64,000 nucleotides of DNA from a virus. The notes under the pieces are model-generated. The model was given only the letters and a program-made list of their open reading frames with translations. It ran no database searches and was not told where the DNA came from. Below are positions 24,851-33,800 of the stretch, in pieces. The position numbers were made by a program, and so were the translations under genes. Numbering within the stretch: the first letter of the stretch is position 1; every line of letters starts with the position of its first letter. The stretch covers positions 1-64,000 of the IMG/VR virus record IMGVR_UViG_3300009537_000007; one strand, written 5' to 3'.

Positions 24851-27800
24851 TAGTCAGCCTCAAATTGGGTTTTCAGTTGTGCCATCGCCTTAGCCAGGCG
24901 CATTTTCACTTTGCGAACCTCGTCTTTCCTCTCACGCTTCTCCGTGCCGGTCATACCTTTGTGACTGCTTATCGCACGCATCATCCTGTTTAATTTTCGC
25001 ATCTGAATGTCTGCGTTGTTCAGGGATTTCCGCATGGCCAGCTTGTTCCTGTTCTCCATCAGGAGTTCCTGGGCATACTTGACTTCACCATCAGCGATTA
25101 GTTTTTGGATGGTGTCGTGGAGGCTCTGCGCTTCTTCGCGCATCTCATAGAACTGATGAATGGCCTTGGAAGACTTGGGCACTTCCGGTCCCACAAACCT
25201 ACGCAGGGCCACGATATCGGACGGCATCATGGCTTCCTTGCTTGGATAGTCGCCGACTCCCATCATCATCCAGTCTGCCAGATTCAGGCCATATGCTCCT
25301 ATGTTGGCGAAATAGCCCTCAATCACGGTTTCGATATACTTGGGTGAAACATTAGTCATGCGACCGATGTGCCTGGCCGCAATACTGGTGTTGTCATCAT
25401 ATTGTTCTGCGGGCTGTAGCCGCTCTTCCCATGGCTGGAGAATCTTGCGCTCCCGGAACTCGTCCTTGTTCGAGTAAATGCGAACAATTGGAACCGCTGC
25501 CTGCGGCACGATACTGAACCTGAACATCTCGCTCATGATCCACCTCATGCGCTGGAGAAATTCCTTACCCTCCCCCTTCTTGAGAAGATCAAGCGTCCGT
25601 TCCGGGATGCTGCCGAACAGGGCACCGACCTCGAACGGCTTGGGCAGCTTAAGCGGCTCCTTCAGGCCGAGGGCGTCACTGATGCCGTAGAACCACCAGT
25701 AGGTGTCGCGCTGGTAATCCGTCAAATCGTTGAACCGCTCATCGTCTTCGTTACTGAGCCAGAGCGCGGTCGTGGCAGCCATGACCAAACCAGCCTTTAT
25801 CATGAAGGCGCGGTTGAGCTTCGCGGTTTGCTCCTGACCTTCCCGCGCGCCACGGTAGGTTCGATACAAACCCTGAAGGCCAGCATTGAAAAACGGCACC
25901 GTATCAGCAAGGAAACGGATCAGGAAATAGTCTCCACGCATGCCGAAATCAGTGCTGATTTCGCGGGCCTGGTAAGCTGCCTCCATGAGCCCGACACCAT
26001 CCTTGCGGAGCTTCTTGAAAGCCCCGACGCGAGTGGAGTATTCGAGTGTGGATTCAATTCGTTGGAGCGCTCCGACATAATCGGACGGATTTTCGAGAAT
26101 GCTCGCTTTTTCACCACGGATGAATTTCTTCACGACACTCTTCAGGCTTGGCCTGTCAGCCTCGAACAGGGCCGACATTCCGGCTCCGGCCTGCAGAAAT
26201 TCATGCCAGTATTCATCCCCGCCAACCCAGTTGCCGTCCTTGTCGATACGGGGAAGTTGAGACTTGATGCCTTTGATACTGTCGATAAGCGGCTTGAATC
26301 CCTTGTGAGAAATCACCGAGGCGTGCATGGTGTCGCGCACGAAGTTGGCCGCCTGGAAGCTGGGGTCCAGCCCGACCATCATGGTGAGCAGGTTCTTGGC
26401 TTTCTTGAGCGGCTTTATTAGTGCATGCGTGTCCTTGCGATGCAGCATGGTAAACGACCGGAACAACATCGGATCGTCAACTTCGTAGAACTCAACCTTG
26501 CCATCCTCGACCACCGACACGATGTTATCGCCTTTCGGGGCATTACCGAGTGACCACAGGACGCGCAGGGCACCGGGATTGATGTCGTCTTCCGGTGTCA
26601 CCTCCAACCCCTGCTCATAGAGATCATCCACCATCTGCTTGTTCGTTACCAGGGCCCTTTTGGCCTTCCTGCCGATCCTGCTCATGAACAGATCGCCGGA
26701 TTTTCTGTTGAGATCAACGGCGCGGCGCATGACTTCGTTTTTTATGCTTGCTTCGATCAGACGATGTATGTTGTGTTCGTAATTGATTAGCGGATGTTCG
26801 ATCTTGCTCTTGCCGCCGGTAAGCCGGTAAAAGTTTGGATGTTGCCCGGAAAAACCCAGTCTGGACCTGGGGCTCTTGACACCCTTGCCGTTTTCTGTGA
26901 TGCGGAAGAAAGGCACATAGTTCTTGTGCATCTCATCGAAAAACGCCCGAGTATCAGCATCCAGCAGGCCGGACTCCTGTGCAAAGTCGAGTATCTTGCC
27001 GTTATAGGTCTGCAGGTCGTCGAATAGTCCGGCGAAGTCGGGGTGCTTGCGGTCCAGGGCGTCGATGGCAGCCGCAGTATCGTGGTTTGCGAACAGGGCT
27101 TCCCGGCCAACCTTTACCAAGTTTCCATTTACGTCATAAACTTTCTTGCCGCCATCCATGGCTTTAAGCTCTTCGGCTCGGCGAGAGGCCAGATAAACCT
27201 CGAACTCTTCGGCTCGCTCACCGCCGATTTCGTCCATGATTCCCATGGGAGCCTTTACACCGGCATCGATGGTGGTGGTCCCCTCCTTCCAGACCGGAGC
27301 CCCCAGGAACATTGCTTCAAAAATCAGGTCGTTGATGCCTCGGGTCAACCGGGCCAGCTTATAGGCGCTGCGGGAGTCCTCATAAAGCTGCTGGACTCCA
27401 TCGACCGCCAGCCGGGATTTCTCCTCCATAACCTTTATGAAGTGGAGATCGTCTGCTACCGACTGCTTGGCGCGGTCCACGAACTTGTCGGCCAGGACCT
27501 CGGAAACCCTCTCTTTCCATGGCTGCTTCTTGTCGGCACCGATATTATTGAGGATGCCCTTGACGATTCCTGCCTCTTTGGCAGTCAGGGAGTATTGCTC
27601 GCTGCCAGGCATTCCGGGTAGTGCCGTGCCCTTGCGCCTGCCGACTTCGCCGCTCTCGACTCGCCCTAATACGTCCTCAATGGTCTGAAAGCCAAGGCCA
27701 CGCAACATATTGCCCGTCCTCTGCAGGAAGTCGGTGAGCCGTTTGAACATGCGCTTGAAGCCTGGCGGGAAATTCTCGCCGCGCCGGTAAGACGAAAAGG

Positions 27801-30800
27801 CGTCGGCAATGGCTTCTTCGTTTCGTTTTTCTTCATTGAGATGACCGTATTTGGCATCGATGTCGTATTTGTGCCGCCACGAACTCTCCGCTTTCTTTCG
27901 CAGCAGATTCCATTCCTTGCGGGTAAACATGCCCATGCTTCGCAGAGCATGAATGGCTTCGTGGCGCAGGGTGGCAGCCGGATTGTCGTAGTTTAGGGCA
28001 ACTGTAATCAGTTGTTCTATATCCCTATACGAACCCCTGACGGTGCGTTCCTTACCGTCAACGACACGGAGCATTCTATCCACCACCCCGAGGCGTGCGT
28101 TAGGTGCAATCTGTTCGAGGATGGACTGAAGCCCCTTAACGACCCTGGCGCGTTCCTTATCTTGTCCAGGCGAAAAAATACCCGCCTCCTGGGCGGGCTT
28201 GTCCGAGAGTTTCATGCTCTCTTCGCCGGTCGGTTCCTCCGCTTCACCATCTTGCGGAGATTCCTCTTTCTGCCGTTCGGATTTAGCCAGTTTCTCCGCA
28301 AGGTTTCTTAGCGTTTCGTTGCCGTTATGGTGGGCGAAAAATGAAACACCGTGTTCGGTCTGGATCGCCTCAATCAATTTGGCAAATTCCGTTCTCGGAA
28401 AGCGAAGATACCAGATATCCTGTTCTTCTCCTCCGGTCGGCGGCCTGCCCTTCTGACGCATCATATTGCCGTGCAGGTCCTTCTCCGGGTCGCCCTCATA
28501 CCAGGTAGATTGTTCGGACTTACCAACGATATCACGGATGACTTGGGATTTTCTGATCGCCCCACGATTTTCGCCACCACGCTTGGAAATCAGTCCGAGA
28601 TAATAAGAGTGTTCCCCGCTCCACACGTTCTTTTTGAGTTTGTTGTTCCAAAAAGGATCACGCGGGTTTCTGACGGTAATAAACATCTCACCGACATTAT
28701 CGCCGATGAACCCGATGCTGCCGCCCTCGGACATATACTTCTCAAGATTTGTCGCCCAATCGAGCTTGATCGGAGCCTTCAAGACATCATCGGCGGGCGG
28801 CAAGAGAATTCCGCGCTCGACATCCCCGTTTTCATTCGTGTAACGAACGATCATCGGGCGGCGCTCTTCCGGGAGCCTCGGATCAACCTTACCGAACAGT
28901 TCCTCGTATTTCTTAAACGACCGCAGCGCGTTCCCCCTGAGAATCCAGCGCGTCTCCTTGTCTTTCTTGTCACCGACCAGCATATTGGCACCCTCCTTAA
29001 GAGAGGGCGGAGTTCCATCAGACCCCACAACCCGGCCAAGATGGAAATGCGGCCCCCACCTGCTGGTGTTGCCTGAACTATCGGCCATATCCTTGGGACG
29101 CATTTTAACCCATACGCGCTGCCCGCGACTCATGGCGACGGTTATTTGCAGGCTCTCGTTAATACCGGAAGCGGCACTGAATGGATCGCGGTCTGTTTCA
29201 AGCCCTTTGTCCTTGATGTCGATAATCACGCCCTTGGCGATGAGCCCACCACTCCCGCCTTGGGAATTATCTTTAATATCGACAACGGAACCGACCCCGA
29301 GGAACTTAACCGCCCTTAGCGCCTTGCTGATCTTCTCCATGCGCTCATTAATGATACGCTCCGCACCACGTTTCCGGGTGAGCATTCTTTCATAAGCCTC
29401 TTTTTCTTCCTTCAGCTTGGCCTTGGCTTCCCTTAAAACCTCCTTGCTGTTTTTTATCGTCTCTTCCTGTTGTTCGATATTCTCGTCCAGCTCGCCAACC
29501 CTCTGAAAGGCCGCAGCCTTACCTGCCTCATCTGCATTCTTGGCTTCTTCGCGGGCTGTCTTTTTCTGCTCCTTCAGGTCAACCATCCTGGTGTTAGCCT
29601 CATCAACGGCGCTGTCAGCAACATTGACTGCCGTCTCGGATTCTTCGACAACCCTGGCCTGCGGCTCCGCTTCCTTTTCGACTTCCGCGATGGTATCGGT
29701 GTATTCACGGTTTTCGTTATCGATGCGGCGCTGAATATCGGCCAGCAATTTTTCATTATAGCGGGCCGCGCCCTCCTCAGTCTCCCTGAGAGACTTGTCG
29801 TTAACCTCAAGTGGTGCGGGCCCCTTGATTTCAGTGTTGGCCCAGATTTTTTCCAAAACCTGGATTGGCCTGAACGGTTGGGTAATAGGATTCATGCTGA
29901 CCTGTTCAGCAATAACCCCCTTCTGGAATTCACTGTCGGTTCCGGTTTCTTCCGCCAGTCCCATAGACTGAATCACCGATGTCTCAAGATCGTAAAGCGG
30001 CACATCCCCGATGGAAATACCGGCAGCCTCCAGCGCCTCGATGCGATTGGTATAGTTCTCGATTATCGATGTGTAGATTTCATCTTGAGACGGAAGTTCG
30101 ATCTGCCCGCCGTCACGGTCAACAACATACGAACTGTTGAACACCGGCAGCATGGAAAGTCTGTTGGTGATCTTGCCGATAGCGGCCTCTACCGATCCGC
30201 TTTGCATGGATCGCAACACCTTCTCCATAGAAAGCCCGACATATTTAAGCGCATCACGCATTCTGCTCTCTGACGCGAAGGCTTCAACAATCGCATCCAC
30301 ACCATATTCATTGATGAAGTCAACTTCATCCTGTGCGAGAGCAGACCCGCTGGCCCCTGTGGTCTGGGCCGACATCTTGGACACCTTGCGCTGGAGGGCG
30401 GCGTTATACCGTTTCTCCTGCGGGACATTGGATGTCAGGACGGAATAACGAGGCATTTTAACCATGCCGGTGCGGAAGATGCGCCCGAGTATCTGGACAT
30501 GATTAAAGATGTCCAATTCCGGCTGCCCAACGATCATCCACCTGCCGGACTGGTCGTTGAATTCCGCTGCCGCATGCAGGCTGATGCCTTCAGCCGCAGA
30601 GCGGTTGATAATCAGGGCGTGATACTCACTGTCGTTATTGAAGCTGTTCATGGCCTGTTGGTCAGATAGCTTGGAGTTGTCCCTGGCCTCCAGCTTCATG
30701 GTTTCCATGTTGACCTGGATACTGCGCCCCGTGATCTCTCCCATCTTAATGCCGCGCTTGGCGAGTTCGTGAACAATGTAGTCAATGGGCGAAAGCGGGA

Positions 30801-33800
30801 GGTTGAGCCCGTCTATCTGATTGTAGATTTCCTGACCTTCGTCGTATATCTGGCGCATTCCGCCGTCTTCGTATTCACGCTCCCTGAACACCCCGAGGTC
30901 TTCAAGGTTCAGATCAAGGAACTTTTCGCTGTCTGGGATTGAATCATCGTCAAACTGTTCTTTGGTAAGACTGGCGTTTTTGAGTTGAAAATTGAACGAG
31001 CGCTTTTGGTAACGGCGAAACAGGTCTGCAAAGGACATTTGGGATACGTCATCGCCGACTACAATCCCGGCGTTCTCGAAAAACGCCTGCTGGGTAAACG
31101 AAACAGACACGATGGGTTTATGGTTGTTGCCGCCGGAATCCTTTTCGTTCCGCGCCTTAACCGCTTCCTCGATAATCGAATCCGCCTTGATTGCGAGCAT
31201 GGCGTATTGCTGCATAATCGGAAGGGCCCGATACGACAGCTTTGCCTTTTCATGTTCCCAGGTAGCCGTCCCGTCGTTGCTCAACCAGCCAAGTTTCGTG
31301 GCTTCCTTGGTGGCGACCGCTTGAATCATTTTTACTAATTGATCGCCCATCGATATGGCGGCGGTGGACCTAATGGCACCGAAAATCTGTTCGGCATTTT
31401 CGGCATCGACCTCGTATTCGACAGACGGGATAAGAACCGGCTCACCCTCGTAAAGGAAGGATTGTTCTCGCCTGACCATTCCCAAGTCTTTTGCCAGGTC
31501 CTCGGTAACAATCTGAGATAGTTTATCGCCACCGCGCACCATAAGATCATAAAGCTCTTGTGGACCGTTAACGGCGTGTCTCACGCTGGTCGTTGCCAGC
31601 ATGGTCATGGTTTCGGGATTCTTGGAGAAGGTGGCTGACGAGAGGAGCGCCCCGTTGGCTGCCTTGATTTTCGCACGCAACCAAAGCGCGGTGGAGGGTA
31701 TCTTCCCCTCTTTCGGGTCACTGAGGGATTCCAAGCTGCCGCCAGCCTTGTGACTTTCGTCCATTGCGAAATACATTTTGGACGCATTCATGTCGAAAAG
31801 CGGGCGGCGTCGGTTGGTGGTCGGCCCCTTCCCCTTCTGGACGGGGGGCAGCCCACGCTCCTTGAGATGCGCGTTTATTCTGTCTTTTGTTTTTTTATCG
31901 GCGACCGGCTTTAGCTGACCATACGATGTGAAAATAGACGAGTATTTACGCCCGGTCGAACGCCAGCGGTTGTTATCGCCCTCCTTGGTTCCAGGAACCT
32001 CTTCGACGATCTCGGGCATCTCGAATTCTTCGTGATACTGGATGGCACTGGCATACCAATCCTCATACGGCATAACCTTACCGTCGTAATAAACCATCTC
32101 GGGCTTGACCAGGAACTCGTCACCGAGTTTTTTCTGATCTGTCCCGGGACGCGGCGGAAGCATGACACCCTTGCCGACAACAACGCGCTCGTCGGTGTCC
32201 GAGTCCTCTTCCGTTTCTTCCTCGCTTTCCCGCGCCGTGAAATCATCTGTCGGAAGGGCCGTAAAATCATGCCAGCCGATCCCGTAGATATCCCTGTGCA
32301 TATCACTGTAAAGGCCGTATTTTGCGGTAATGAACACCGGCACGATGTCGTTCACGAAAGCGTAACGAAGCATACCGGCCACGGCGCGCCCCTTGCCGAG
32401 CCCTGTCTGGTCCCCAATAACGAAAGTATTGCCCTGTTTGTGGCTCCATATCGCAAGGGCGATAGCGTCCACCTGGGTTCCCATCAAGCGGCTTTTGCCG
32501 CTATCTCCCTTGTAGAGTTCGTCGTAAGTAAAATTCAGTTCGTCTGCCACGAACTGATCGATGGCCCGACCGTGCGGCAGGTCCTTATACTTGTTGTTCT
32601 GTTTTAGCTCGTCGGCCAGCCTGGAAAGACCCTCCCTGAGGGCCTTTTCGACTGCAGCCGGAACCCTGGACGGTGGCGATTCCTGTTCGCTGAGGGAGAC
32701 ATAGGCTTTTTGCATGGCGTGAGCCTGCTCCTTCCTGGCAAGCTCTTTCGCCTTGTTTGCCATTTCCTCCCGATGGCGCTTCGACTCCTTTTCCTCTTCC
32801 GTCTCGGCTTCTTCTTCGGACTCCTCCATGGCCAGCATGGATGGGTCGTTTCTGACATCGGCCTGGAAAAGCATAAACGCCTCACCGGCGCGTTTAATTT
32901 TCCATCCGGGCGCATCCTGTCTCTTAAAGGAAGCCGCAACGGCAAGGGCAAACTCTTTACGGGTTGGTTTTGTGTCGCCGGGCAGATCGGCTGCCCAACT
33001 ATGGAACTTGTTTATGAGGAAGTTTTTAAAGCCACGCTGATTATACATTTCATCGGCGTCAACGTGGCCATTTTCACCTGGGGGGATTTCTAGGGGAGGA
33101 CGCCTGTCCAGGGGGTCGCGCGGTAAATTCTCTCCGCTGATAAACCCGCCCCAATCATCTATGCCAGTTCCAGGTCCCGGTGATACGCCTGTTCCTGGAG
33201 TATCACCCCCAGGTTCACCACCGACATCTCCTCGGCCTCCCTCTGTTCCGCCTTCGTCAGTCGTTCCACGGGGGCCTCCTTCTTGCGGCGGAAGACCTCC
33301 CTCAGGAACTCCTCCACCTCCGGGAGACTCAGTAATGTCGCTGCCGCCGTCCACAGTTGATCCGCCAACCCCGCCTCCATCGGGCCGTCCAGGTCCGGGC
33401 CGTCCAGGAGGAACTCCCGCGCCTCGTTCACCACCTCCCACGCCTTCTCCGGGCTGTCCCCGAAATCCCGATCCATCTTGAGGTAGATTCTCGTCTTCAG
33501 GCTGTTCAGGTAACGCTTCTCCGACATCCGTTCCGTGCCCTCCAGGGCCCTCACCGCCAGGAGGGGCCTCAGTTCCCCCACGCCCTTCGGAGCTACCATC
33601 CAGTGGTTTTTCATTGATAATTTCCTCTACGATATCTGTCGGGTCGTCCCGGAACCTCCAGGACTTGCTGGGACCGTCCCAGGCACCGCCGGAAGCCTTG
33701 AGTTCCTTGCGGATACTGAAAGTGGAGTTTGATTTCTTGTCTCCACGGACGGCATAATCCATACCAGACAGGAAGCTGCGGTCCCCGCCATACGGGTCCA